A stretch of 64,000 nt of DNA from Macrostomum lignano. Taxonomy: Eukaryota. Shown here piece by piece: positions 1-12,531 of this stretch (positions within the stretch are counted from its first letter, which is position 1; each line of letters begins with the position of its first letter). The position numbers and the translations under genes are program-made. The notes under the pieces are model-generated. The model worked only from the letters and a program-made list of their open reading frames with translations. It ran no database searches and was not told the DNA's origin. The stretch spans positions 1-64,000 of the forward strand of contig NIVC01000219.1 of NCBI GenBank assembly GCA_002269645.1, in the 5' to 3' direction.

Positions 1-480
1 AGACAGAGGGCAGAGAGTGATGAGACAGAGGGCAGAGAATAATGAGACAGAGGGCAGAGAGTGATGAGATAGAGAACAGAGTGATGAGACAGATGGCAGA
101 GAGTGATGAGACAGAGGGCAGAGAATAATGAGACAGAGAGCAGAGAGTGATGAGACAGAGGGCAGAGAATGATGAGACAGAGGGCAGAGAGTGATGAGAT
201 AGAGAACAGAGTGATGAGACAGATGGCAGAGAGTGATGAGACAGAGGGCAGAGAATAATGAGACAGAGAGCAGAGAGTGATGAGACAGAGGGCAGAGAAT
301 AATGAGACAGAGGGCAGAGAGTGATGAGATAGAGAACAGAGTGATGAGACAGATGGCAGAGAGTGATGCGACAGAGGGCAGAGAATAATGAGACAGAGAG
401 CAGAGAGTGATGAGACAGAGGGCAGAGAGTGATGAGACAGAGGGCAGAGAATAATGAGACAGAGAGCAGAGAGTGATGAG
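1..480. repeat. ~22-bp GA-rich minisatellite with a 130-bp higher-order period
   Basis: Unit about GAGACAGAGGGCAGAGAGTGAT; the variant AGAGAACAGA recurs at 71, 201 and 331. Confidence 0.95.
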
Positions 481-1184
481 AAGCGAGTCAATAAGCTATC
501 AAACTTCTCAGTCTCAAATTGCGCGCGTATTTAGGATTTTTTAACTTTGCAGTTCAGTCAGACATGATAAATTCATACAAAACTGATAAGATAAGAAAGA
601 CCCCAGAGCACCGGTACAACTGATAAGATAAGAATTTGATAATTAAAATGTCTTCTCTAAATAAAACTAACTTGTTTGGTTTTCAGGTACTCTTCAGATT
701 CCATAGAACTCATACTAACTTGTAACTCATACTAACTTCAGTAATTTCTGTCAAATTTTCGACGACGAATTACGAAAATATTTTGCTCAGAATCCAAAAA
801 GAAATGAGCCGCAGCCGCACGCGGAACTGTTGGCCTATCGGGAATAATTTCCTTTTGTGGCTTTCGCATTGCCTGCCAACACGCTTTGTTTGAGCCGGAG
901 CCGCTATATATCTCCACTTGTTCTTGTCGGCATCCTTTGAAGTATAATGAAAGACCCTCTCCACTACCCCTCCGTGAGCCGCGATGTCAAGCAAGAGTTC
1001 TAGTGGGAAAAGTTTAAGAAGAAATGGGAACTGCATTGAGAAAACAATCGCTTCGCCATATTGTGCAGCGTTTTCAAACCATCGCTTGGGATCGGGGGTG
1101 AAAGGGGATGAGATTAGGTTTGTTTGCAAAAGTGAGCGGCCTCGTTTATTCTCTTGCTGGCTCCTCTGCTTTGATTGGCGCTCT

Positions 1185-3012
1185 CATTCTCAGTCTGAGT
1201 GAGTACCATTCTCAGTCTGAGTGAGTGCCATTCTCTAGTCTGAGTGAGTGCCATTCTCTAGTCTGAGTGAGTGCCATTCTCAGTCTGAGTGAGTGCCATG
1301 CTCAATCTGAGTGAGTGCCATTCTCTAGTCTGAGTGAGTGCCATGCTCAATCTGAGTGAGTGCCATGCTCAATCTGAGTGAGTACCATGCTCAATCTGAG
1401 TGGGTGCCATTCTCAATCTGAGTGAGTGCCATACTCAATCTGAGTGAGTGCCATTCTCTAGTCTGAGTGAGTGCCATGCTCAATCTGAGTAAGTGCCATT
1501 CTCTAGTCTGAGTGAGTGCCATTCTCTAGTCTGAGTGAGTGCCATTCTCTAGTCTGAGTGAGTGCCATTCTCTAGTCTGAGTGGGTGCCATTCTCAATCT
1601 GAGTGAGTGCCATACTCAATCTGAGTGAGTGCCATTCTCTAGTCTGAGTGAGTGCCATTCTCTAGTCTGAGTGAGTGCCATTCTCTAGTCTGAGTGAGTG
1701 CCATGCTCAATCTGAGTGAGTGCCATGCTCAATCTGAGTGAGTACCATGCTCAATCTGAGTGGGTGCCATTCTCAATCTGAGTGAGTGCCATACTCAATC
1801 TGAGTGAGTGCCATTCTCAATCTGAGTGATCGAGTGCCATGCTCAATCTGAGTGAGTTCCATGCTCAATCTGAGTGAGTGCCATGCTCAATCTGAGTGAG
1901 TGCCATTCTCAATCTGAGTGAGTGCCATTCTCAATCTGAGTGAGAGCCATTCTCAATCTGAGTGAGTGCCATTCTCAATCTGAGTGAGTGCCATGCTCAA
2001 TCTGAGTGAGTGCCATTCTCAATCTGAGTGAGTGCCATTCTCAATCTAAGTGAGTGCCATGCTCAATCTGAGTGAGTGCCATTCTCAATCTGAGTGAGTG
2101 CCATTCTCAATCTGAGTGAGTGCCATTCTCAATCTAAGTGAGTGTCATGCTCAATCTGAGTGAGTGCCATTCTCAATCTGAGTGAGTGCCATTCTCAATC
2201 TGAGTGAGTACCAGGCTCAATCTGAGTAAGTGCCATTCTCAATCTGAGTGAGTGCCATTCTCAATCTAAGTGAGTGCCATTCTCAATCTGAGTGAGTGCC
2301 ATTCTCAATCTGAGTGAGTGCCATTCTCAATCTGAGTAAGTGCCATTCTCAATCTGAGTGAGTGCCATTCTCAATCTGAGTGGGTGCCATTCTCAATCTG
2401 AGTGAGTGCCATTCTCAATCTGAGTGAGTGCCATTCTCAATCTGAGTGAGTGCCATTCTCAATCTGAGTGAGTGCCATGCTCAATCTGAGTGAGTGCCAT
2501 TCTCAATCTGAGTGAGTGCCATTCTCAATCTGAGTGAGTGCCATTCTCAATCTGAGTGAGTGCCATTCTCAATCTGAGTGAGTCCCATGCTCAATCTGAG
2601 TGAGTGCCATTCTCAATCTGAGTGAGTGCCATTCTCAATCTGAGTGAGTGCCATGCTCAATCTGAGTGAGTGCCATTCTCAATCTGAGTGAGTGCCATGC
2701 TCAATCTGAGTGAGTGCCATTCTCAATCTGAGTGAGTGCCATGCTCAATCTGAGTGAGTGCCATTCTCAATCTGAGTGAGTGCCATTCTCAATCTGAGTG
2801 AGTGCCATTCTCAATCTGAGTGAGTGCCATTCTCAGTCTGAGTGAGTGCCATTCTCTAGTCTGAGTGAGTGCCATTCTCTAGTCTGAGTGAGTGCCATTC
2901 TCAATCTGAGTGAGTGCCATGCTTAATCTGAGTGGGTGCCATGCTCAATCTGAGTGAGTGCCATTCTCAATCTGAGTGAGTGCCATTCTCAATCTGAGTG
3001 AGTGCCATTCTC
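1185..3012. repeat. 22/23-bp tandem minisatellite, ~1.8 kb
   Basis: Unit CCATTCTCAATCTGAGTGAGTG, with variants CCATGCTCAA and CCATTCTCTAG. Confidence 0.97.
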
Positions 3013-4177
3013 CGAAGTTCGCGATTGTGCCTTATGAAACCAGACACAAAAATATTCTTGGATAGCAGATCATTTAAAATTGAGTTCAAAGAGCTTCAAT
3101 GGAAGACCTTGAGTCCTTGAATATGTTGGTTGGCGCGCTTTAAAACTTACTCATTCTAATTCTGTCTAGCTTTTTATTTTAGTATATGGTTGATCTGCAT
3201 TTTTATCTACTCCAGTTCGTCTTTTGTTTATAACTGTTTTTCCTAACTCATCTCTCAGCTTTAATGCTCTCGCGGTGTCCATGCCAATGTCTCAAACGCA
3301 GCACAAGACAAGCGTAAATCAGCGAATTTCGTTTGAAAAATGATGCATTTTACTTATTACGCGTGAGCTTAATTTCGACGACTTTACTACACTGGTCTGT
3401 CTCTCTCTCTCTTCTTCCTTCACTCGCGTCGCTTCACAATGCAAGGAGAACTAATTACTAATGCTAGCTATAAGTTGACAGGATTTAATGTTTGTTCAGA
3501 ATTGTAATATGCGAGCGTAAATTATTGATAATAGTAAAAACAATAAATAAAATCATAACTGAAAGAAGGGCTCCGGGCACCCTGGCCGTACTCGTACACT
3601 CTCTGGGGTTCGTCCAAGTCAAAATAAGCTGGCAATCCAAACTCTAGTTGACGATCTCCATGCCAGCCCCTCTCTCTCTCTTTCAAGAATTTCATGGACC
3701 GCTTTCTCTTTACTCGTATAACTCGCTACAATGCACAGAGACACAGAGAGCTGTGAATTTCAGAGAAGAGTTTTTCTTCTATTCAACAGCGATTCCCTGT
3801 GCGCCATGGCGTCAAAGAAACCTTCTGCAACACACTGCAGCTCGTGTATATGCATATCAGCTGCAGCAATTGTCATCTAGAAAACTTCGAAGAAAATAAG
3901 AAACAAAGTAAAGTAAGAAGCTGACAGACAAAAATGATTCCCACGACTGTATAGCGTTATAAATCATTTATTTCAACTTCAATATAGTTGCGCTTATAAT
4001 GTGCGATTCTCCGCTGCAGCTTCTGCGTCTGAGAATTCCGCTTAGTTTAGAAAACAAAACCGGGCAAATATTCGGGCGAATGGCCATGAATGAGCTGCAG
4101 TGACAGTTTGCCTGTAATTCTATCTCGCCATGCAATTTGAATCAGCTGACTTCGAGACTGTGAACGGTGGTGAGTTC

Positions 4178-4700
4178 TATAGCCTCTCCCTGACCCCTTC
4201 TATACCCTCTCCCTGACCCCTTCTATACCCTCTCCCTGACCCCTTCTATACCCTCTCCCTGACCCCTTCTATACCCTCTCCCTGACCCCTTCTATACCCC
4301 CCTTCCTTCCTGACCCTCTTCTATGCCCCCTCCCGTCCTGACCCTCTTCTATACCCTCTCCCTGACCCACTTCTATACCCTCTCCCTGACCCTCTTCTAT
4401 ACCCTCTCCCTGACCCACTTCTATACCCTCTCCCTGACCCTCTTCTATACCCTCTCCCTGACCCACTTCTATACCCTCTCCCTGACCCTCTTCTATACCC
4501 TCTCCCTGACCTTCTTCCTATCCCTGAGTCCCTTTATATCCTCTCTCTGAACCTCTTCTATACCCTCTCCCTGACCATCTTCTATAACTCTCCCTCACTC
4601 TCTTCTATACCCTCTCCCTGACCCACTTCTATACCCTCTCCCTGACCCACTTCTATACCCTCTCCCTCACTCTTTTGTATACCCTCTCCCTGACCCCAGT
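4178..4700. repeat. 23/24-bp CT-rich minisatellite in the putative Gli 5'UTR intron
   Basis: Unit CTATACCCTCTCCCTGACCC(C/A/T)(C)TT; lies between donor-like GTGAGT at 4170 and acceptor-like CAGs at ~4737 and 4830. Confidence 0.93.
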
Positions 4701-4865
4701 TTGCTGACCCCTGAGCACACACACAAGCCTTTGCAGCTGAGATCAGCTTGTTAAATTTACACGCGTATCAAACGGTGTTACGAAAGTCCATTTCAATCTC
4801 GGTTTGCAAAAATTCAAATTTCAGCTGCAGCGCCAAACGAGGCCAAACAGTCGCGCCTAGTCGCC

Positions 4866-7800
4866 ATGGCAACGGCCTCATCATCGGATTTCCCCTATCC
4901 CGTCCAGCATCCGATGCAGTTTCCGCATCCTCAGCATCATCATCAGCATCAGCAGCAGCTTCATCACTGCCAGAATGGGTCCAACCCGTTCTATTCTCAG
5001 CAGCTGCCCAACGGAGCCAGATCCGTGCCCGCCTATCCCAGCTTCCCTCTGCAGCATCAGCAGCTTCATCCGGGGCTGCACCAGCCTCCGCCGTGTCCCA
5101 GTTACCCACAGCACCAGCAGCTGCAGACCCAGCCGCACTGGCAGTACGCATCTCACGGAGCTTACACACCGCTGTTCCCAGCAACTCAGTACCAGCAGCA
5201 CCAGCTCCAGCAGATGTCGCCAGCCACTCAACAGCCAACATTTCAGCAGCAGCTCGGCCGCGGTGCCAAGAAGCGAGCGCTGTCCCAGTCGTCAGTGGAG
5301 AACGCCGGCTGCTGCACCATCGAGCTCAACCAGGTGACCGCCTCGCACGACTGTCTGTCATGGATTCCCGTGCTCGGAGGCGGCGGTAGCGGCGTCAGAG
5401 GCTCGCCCAGCTCCCGGGGCAGCCAGGGCTCCATCGGGCATCTCTCGGCGGCGTCTTTCGGCAGCATCGGCGCTGGTGGCGGCGGCGGCAACTCGCCGCT
5501 GTTTTCGCCGACAGCGACGCCTCCGAATAGCGTGGCGGCGGCCGCGGCGGCTGCGGCAGCTGCGGCAGCTTTCTACCGTCGCAAATCGAACACGAACAAC
5601 GCCGCCGCCGCTGCTGCCACTGCCGCCGTCAGCAAGCCGGCAAGTCCGTCCGTTGGCGATGCCGGCAGTTCAACAGTTGCTGCTGCCGACAACGAAGATG
5701 ACGGACCGGAAGCTGCGGGAAGCGAGGCGGACAGAAGAGCAGCCGATGATGAGGCTGATGATGACGAGGAGGCCGACGGGACCAGTGGCGAAATTCTGGC
5801 GACGGTGTGCCGGTGGGTGAACTGTGGGCTGCAGTGCGGCACCAATGCTGAGCTGGTTGAAGTAAGCTGACCTGCTTCATTTAACCCTGACTTCATGAAC
5901 CTGTGAACCCGTGAACCTATGTTCCCGTGAACCTATGAGCCCGAGAGCCTGTGAACCCATGAACCTATGAATCCGTGAACCTATAAGTCCATGAACCTAT
6001 GAACCCGTGAATCTATGAACTCGTGAATCTATGAACCCGTGAATCTATGGACTCGTGAGCCTATAAACCCGTGAACCTATTAACCTGTGAATCTATGAAC
6101 CCATGAACCCATGAACCCATGAACCTATGAACCCATGAGCCTATGAACCCATGAGCCTATAAACCCATGAACCCATGAACCTAAGAATCTGAGAACCTAT
6201 AAGTCCGTCAACCTTTGAACATCCGCCTCCCGCAGCACGTGAACGATGTCCACGTGAAAGGCAGCGGGGACAGCAAGGAGTTCGTGTGCCATTGGATTGG
6301 CTGCAGCCGCAACCAAAAGCCGTTTAAAGCGCTGTACATGCTGAACGTGCACGTGAGGCGCCACACGGGAGAAAGACCCTACAGATGCACCGTGAGTCGC
6401 TGGTTCGTAGAGTGCACTATTGCGGAAGTTTCAGAGTCCAGAAAAGTCTGTGTCTTGATTGAAAAAAACCACAAATGTTAAAAGACAATTCGATTCCTTG
6501 TGACCTCCTCTATACCCTCTCCCTTCTATACCCTCTCCCTTCTATACCCTCTCCCTTCTATACCCTCTCCCTTCTATACCCTCTCCCTTCTATACCCTCT
6601 CCCTTCTATACCCTCTCCCTTCTATACCCTCTCCCTTCTATACCCTCTCCCTTCTATACCCTCTCCCTTCTATACCCTCTCCCTTCTATACCCTCTCCCT
6701 TCTATACCCTCTCCCTTCTATACCCTCTCCCTTCTATACCCTCTCCCTTCTATACCCTCTCCCTTCTATACCCTCTCCCTTCTATACCCTCTCCCTTCTA
6801 TACCTTCTCCCTGACCCTGAATCCGAAAACTGAGTTACTGAGTAGAGAACGGATCTCCTGTTTTAGCTATAATCCCGCATTCTAAGAAACACCAAATTAA
6901 TTTGAGCAGTAATTAATCTAACAGTAATTTAAACACAAGTCTGAGTCATTTGAGGTCACTTTCTTGAGCTTGTAACTTCAAATTATTTTAACAATGATGT
7001 TTAATAGCTTTGTGAAGTTAGAAGGTTCTTAAACTTTCGAGCTTAGTGGAGTTTCAAGTCTAGTAAAATTTCGAGTTTAGAGTTCAAGTTTCGAGTTTCG
7101 AGTTTCGAGCTTGTAAAATCTCAAATTCCCCCAAGCAACGCCATTGATTCGCCTCTCTTACCCGCCCCTTCATGCAACAGTACCCCGGCTGCACCAAGGC
7201 CTACTCCCGCCTGGAGAACATGAAGACGCATTTCCGGTCGCACACCGGTGAGAAGCCCTATTGTTGCGAGGTGCCCGGCTGCGCCAAAGCCTTCTCAAAC
7301 GCTTCCGACCGAGCCAAGCACCAGAACCGGACTCACTCTGCCGAGAAGCCGTACCAGTGCCGCGCCGCTGCGGGCTGCGGCAAGCGGTACACGGACCCCA
7401 GCTCTCTGCGGAAGCACATCAAAACCGTGCACGGCGCCGAGGCCTACGCTTCTAAGAAAATCAAGGGCGAGAGTTGGAGCTCCAAGGCTGAGGAGAATCG
7501 GCTGAGACGATACGGAAAAACTGCTGGAGGCAGCGGCGGCGGCAGCGGAGGCGTCAACAACGGCGGCACCCCAATGAGCAGCACATCGGACTCGATGCAC
7601 AGCGGCGGCGGCAGCGGTGTTGGATGCGGCGGTGCCAGCCCGATGTCGGCAGCTCGCCAGTTCTCAGCTGAGCGACAGTCGAACCGGCTTAATCCCGAGC
7701 AGCTTAGCGACGAGTTCCAAGCAGACGACGAGGGCTATTTCGCTCCGATGCTGTTGCCGTCGCAGCGCGTCCTCGACTCCGGCGGCGACGTTCTGGTGGC

Positions 7801-10705
7801 GGCGGCGCCGGCTCGGATGTCGCGACTCTGTCGACTACGACAAGGAAAAGTCGCAGCTCCAGCGGCGCCGGTGATCAAGCGCGAGCTGCCGAGGACCGAG
7901 GAGCTGCTGGAAGCCGAGGGTTTGGACGGCTTGACTGCTGAGACGGGTGAGGATGGAGTTCGGGTTGGAGTGAAGCTGGAGAGGGAGATCCGGGCTTGTG
8001 TTTCCTTAGTGAGACTGCTTGGGTAATATTGATGATATGGAGAAGATAGTAATGCTTGGTAGATTGTTATAGAAGCACTTGTATTGGGTAAAAAAGTAGA
8101 CAGTAATTCAGTGTGAAAGTAGACAGTAATTCAATGGGAAAGTAGACAGCAATTCAGTGTGAAAGTAGACAGCAATTCAGTGTGAAAGTAGACAGTAATT
8201 CAGAAGAAAAGTAGACAGTACTTCAGAGGGAAAGTAGACAGCAATTCAGTGTGAAAGTAGACAGTAATTCAGTGTGAAAGTAGACAGTAATTCAGTGTGA
8301 AAGTAGACAGCAATTCAGTGTGAAAGTAGACAGTAATTCAGTGTGAAAGTAGACAGTAATTCAATGGGAAAGTAGACAGCAATTCAGTGTGAAAGTAGAC
8401 AGTAATTCAGTGTGAAAGTAGACAGTAATTCAGTGTGAAAGTAGACAGTAATTGAATGGGAAAGTAGACAGTAATTGAATGGGAAAGTAGACAGTAATTG
8501 AATGGGAAAGTAGGCAGTAATTCAATGGGAAAGTAGACAGTAATTGAATGGGAAAGTAGACAGTAATTGAATGGGAAAGTAGGCAGTAATTCAATGGGAA
8601 AGTAGACAGTAATTGAATGGGAAAGTAGACATTATTTCAATGTGAAAGTAGACAGTAATTGAATGGGAAAGTAGACAGTAATTGAATGGGAAAGTAGACA
8701 GTAATTCAATGGGAAAGTAGACAGTAATTCAATGGGAAAGTAGACATTAATTGAATGGGAAAGTAGACAGTAATTCAATGGGAAAGTAGACAGTAATTGA
8801 ATGGGAAAGTAGACATTATTTCAATGTGAAAGTAGACAGTAATTGAATGGGAAAGTAGACATTAATTGAATGGGAAAGTAGACAGTAATTGAATGGGAAA
8901 GTAGACAGTAATTCGATGGGAAAGTAGACAGCAATTCAGTAGAAAAGTAGGCAGCAATTCAATAGAAAAGTAGGCAACAATTCAGTAGAAAAGTAGGCAA
9001 CAATTCAGTAGAAAAGTAGACAACAATTCAGTAGAAAAGTAGACAACAATTCAGTAGAAAAGTAGGCAACAATTCAGTAGAAAAGTAGACAACAATTCAG
9101 TAGAAAAGTAGGCAGCAATGCTTTCCTGCATCAATTCTTAGGTGCCAGTCACCAGCTCGCTCAAGCGCGTTACGCAGTCGCAGATGACGCCAGCACAGTC
9201 AGCTTCTGTCCCTCATCGTCTGGTCGGGGCTCTCTAGCGTCCGGCAGCGGTGGAAGCGCCGTTAGCAACGGCTACCAAGGAAACAATAACAACAGAAGCA
9301 ATAGCGGCATTAGCAACCAATTTCAGCCTCAACAACCGCAAGGCTGGTCACCAGGAGGATTAGGAATCCCCAGTCAGCAAGAATTTCCCAACAGCAACGG
9401 CTCCTGGCGGAACCAGTGGGGATTCGGTAAGGTTTAAATCTTATTTAGCTGTAATTACTTGTGCTGACTACTACTTATTTGATTGTTGAGTAGTCTGTTT
9501 AGAATGGCTTTTTTAAGCGTCAGAACTGCAGTGCCGTATTGGCATCCTAGGGTTTTGAAAACCAGCTATGTTGGCGCACATGCCAAAATCGAGCGCCTTT
9601 GACGCCGAAATGAGAGACAGAATGAGTGCCTGCGGCGCCAGAATGAGTGCCTGCGGCGCCAGAATGAGTGCCTGAGGCGCCAGAATGAGTGCCTGCGGCG
9701 CCAGAATGAGTGCCTGTGGCGCCAGAATGAGTGCCTGCGGCGCCAGAATGAGTGCCTGCGACGCTAGAATGAGTGTCTGTGGCGCCAAAATGAGTGCATG
9801 CGGCGCCAGAATGAGTGCCTGCGGCGCCAAAATGAGTGCCTGTGGCGCCAGAATGAGTGCCTGCGACGCCAGAATGAGTGCCTCCGACGCTAGAATGAGT
9901 GTCTGTGGCGCCAAAATGAGTGCATGCGGCGCCAGAATGAGTGCCTGCGGCGCCAGAATGAGTGCCTGCGGCGCCAGAATGAGTGCCTGTGGCGCCAGAA
10001 TGAGTGCCTGTGGCGCCAGAATGAGTGCCTGCGGCGCCAGAATGAGTGCCTGCGGCGCCAGAATGAGTGCCTGCGACGCCAGAATGAGTGCTAATGACAC
10101 CGATTTCCAAAATAATGTAGGAATTCAGTCATGTAGAATTTCCGGCTCTGTCCCCCACCAAAACATTTTTGGTGACGCTCCTGAAAGACGCGTTTATAAC
10201 AAAATTCGATACAATTGTGCATAAATTTTGTCTAGCAACTAAAAAGTTAACGAGATTTCTTCGCTGAAATGACAAGCAAACACCATTGATTTTAACGACA
10301 TCCTTGTGGTTGTCTCCGACTCTTTTAAAAGCAGGCCAGCTGCCTCATCCGTGGACAGAGCCGCTTCATCAGCATCATCCAGTGCAGTCGCAGCAGCCAG
10401 CTGCTCAAGCTCCTCAACAGCACAGCCATCAGTCTTGTCCGCAGTGCTTGCAGCTGGCCCAGCGGCAGAATTGCACTTTCAGTCCAAACAGCTACCTCAG
10501 CAGAACCGGCAGACTTAGTCAGAATCAGAATCTCGAATTGTCAGCAACGGATGTGCCGTCCGTGTCCATGGAAGACCTGACCAGACTTCCGGACCAGCAG
10601 CCAGTGGCGGAAGCTTTCAATTTAGAAGCAGCTGACGACTGGCAGAATGCAGAGTATGGCTGCAGTTCTGCGAATATGGTGCTGGCGCAGTGCCAGTGGG
10701 CCTAG
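4866..10705 (+). CDS. gli: Gli/Cubitus interruptus family C2H2 zinc-finger transcription factor (5 coding exons, ~857 aa)
   Basis: Exons 4866-5861, 6236-6391, 7181-7946, 9142-9426, 10335-10705; all introns GT-AG with matching phases (0,0,1,1); total 2574 nt. Five Gli-type fingers: [84 protein letters not shown]-terminal KKRALS and SIGHLS resemble Gli KRALS and SYGHLS. Confidence 0.93.
5885..6215. repeat. 16-bp (8-bp subunit) degenerate minisatellite in Gli intron 1
   Basis: GAACCTATGAACCCGT-like units fill most of intron 5862-6235. Confidence 0.9.
6503..6820. repeat. 16-bp near-perfect minisatellite in Gli intron 2
   Basis: (CTATACCCTCTCCCTT)n; shares its core with the 4178-4700 array. Confidence 0.96.
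8095..9118. repeat. 23-bp minisatellite in Gli intron 3
   Basis: Unit GAAAGTAGACAGTAATTCAATGG, drifting to GAAAAGTAGGCAACAATTCAGTA at the 3' end. Confidence 0.95.
9615..10090. repeat. 21-bp minisatellite in Gli intron 4
   Basis: Unit GCGCCAGAATGAGTGCCTGCG; explains ORFs 9513-10100, 9547-10110 and 9685-10224. Confidence 0.96.
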
Positions 10706-11849
10706 CCTAATAGCGCGATACAATAATTCAATTGTGTAATCATAGAATTTACGAATGTATATACCTGAGTATGTTCAGAACAATTTTTATAATTTTTACG
10801 ACAATATTATGCTCAATAATGCAACCAGCTAGAGTGCCCTTACTATAACAACCTCCAAATTATTTGCTATTGATTCGTTTTTTTAACTCTTTATGGTTAG
10901 TTATTTGGATAATTTTTGTTTTGTTTATGTGCTATATATATTTCACCGTCATATCGCCGTTTAAATGGCGTGCAAAGAAATTTGTAATTTTTATTTTTAT
11001 GAAATTGACTTAATTAAAAGTGATTGGCTTTGATTAGTGAGGATTTAAAAATGTAGTCCAATTTTTTTATTAAATTGGATTAAATTTGCATTAAATTATT
11101 TTGCCTTAAGCTGTTTTCCCATCTTTTAAAAACGACATGATATCAAATAAAATTTTTCTCGATAAGTGCTGCCTAACCAGTTTTAACAAATAAATTATAT
11201 GCTATTAATATTTTTTCAGCTGACTCAGATTCAGTCTCAATTTAAAAAAAAATTTTAGAATTATCAATCTCAATGATTTTGCTTTGTTTTATTCAAGCTA
11301 TCTAGCATTTTCTGTTCTCAATCCGTTGTTTTTCTATAACTGAACTTAGGCCCTCTTTTTTAGTTTTTGTTACATTTGCTTGCAATTTATATTTTGTTAT
11401 ATCGCATGGAGCCATGTAAAATTATTCAGTTGAAACAACTGGGATAGAACACTTTGAGTTCGAAAACAGTACATAAAAAATAAACTTATAAGTTTTAGCG
11501 CCAACAAAAAGCTAATTATTGCTCCGACTGTTTAAAAGGAAAACGTTCATGAGCATAGGTTTTGCAACGTTAATTAAATCAAACCAGTCATTTCGGCGAA
11601 AAACCTTTCTCGATACAGTATAAGTATTTTGTTTTAAACTAAAAGCAAAAAGAGTGGGTGAAACAGTTTTGAATAGTAAAGTAAAATACGAGTTGAGATT
11701 GCAGTCTCATGGCGGAGGAGGGGGTGGGTAGTTGTAAGGTTGAACAGCGAGTTTGAGTGATTGATTTAAGAAATGAATATGCAGTCACGTTGTAAGCTTA
11801 AATTTACTTGTACACTAAAATCGGCGAGCAAGTACCCACGTGAAGGAGG

Positions 11850-12290
11850 AGGTTGTCCTGCAGTCCGAGGCCCTGTCTGACCGCCAGAGCGGCGCTGTTC
11901 TAGGCGGTGATCGAGACCGTCCTGCTGTACAACGCCGAGACCTGGACGCTGACGGAGTCGCTCGAGCAGCAAGTTGACGCGGCGCACGTTGGCCTGCTGC
12001 ACACAGCCTTCAAGATCGGCTACGAGCGAGTCACCAATGCGGCACTCTATCGCCGCACCGGCCTGCTCCATCCCAGCGAACTGTTGCGCCGTCGGCAACT
12101 CCCAGCTGGCAGGCCATCATCCGAGCCAAGTCGTACTGCGCGTAGCCGGTGCAGGAGATGCTGCTGCTGACGCTGCAGGCACGGGGGGCGCACTCGGCGT
12201 TTTGTCGACTGCCTGCTGGCTGACGCCAGCACCCCAGACACTGCCACGCTTGACTGGCTGACAACGTATTTTGTTGTTGCTGTTGTATAA
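11850..12290 (+). mobile_element. 5'-truncated, frameshifted non-LTR retrotransposon remnant (RTE-like RT C-terminus and 3' tail)
   Basis: Translates VLQSEAL..ETVLLYNAETWTLTESLEQQVDAAH..LLRRRQL; LLYxAETWTLT is typical of the RTE-type RT thumb region. Ends in CGTATTTTGTTGTTG. Confidence 0.8.
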
Positions 12291-12531
12291 AGCCTCACAT
12301 GATGTACATGTACCTGTATGAATGTAGTCTTTACAATGTCTTTCGACACTGGTTACTAATAAAAAACAACAATTTGCTGTTCTCCCAGCGTCTCTTATTC
12401 CATAAAGTTATTTTTCTATTGTATTTGACCTGAATATAACAAGTTATTAATCGACAAAACTATTTTTGATAGCTTAAAAAATTATCAAAAAATTTACACT
12501 CTACTCCGCTCTGAAAATTGCATGCAGGTAC

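Noticed and set aside
1185-3012. Regular 22-60-bp repeat arrays as possible CRISPR arrays
   Set aside because: Units are head-to-tail with no unique spacers, there are no cas genes, and the context is an intron-containing animal genome.
4748-5896. Overlapping alternative-frame and antisense ORFs across Gli exon 1 (likewise over CtBP, SULT and clavesin-like exons)
   Set aside because: Expected shadow ORFs of GC-rich coding sequence; no independent motifs.
7947-8026. Gli ending at the stop at 8026, as in the ORF track
   Set aside because: A phase-1 donor (G|GTGAGG at 7947) matches the exon at 9142, so 7947-8026 is read-through into the intron.
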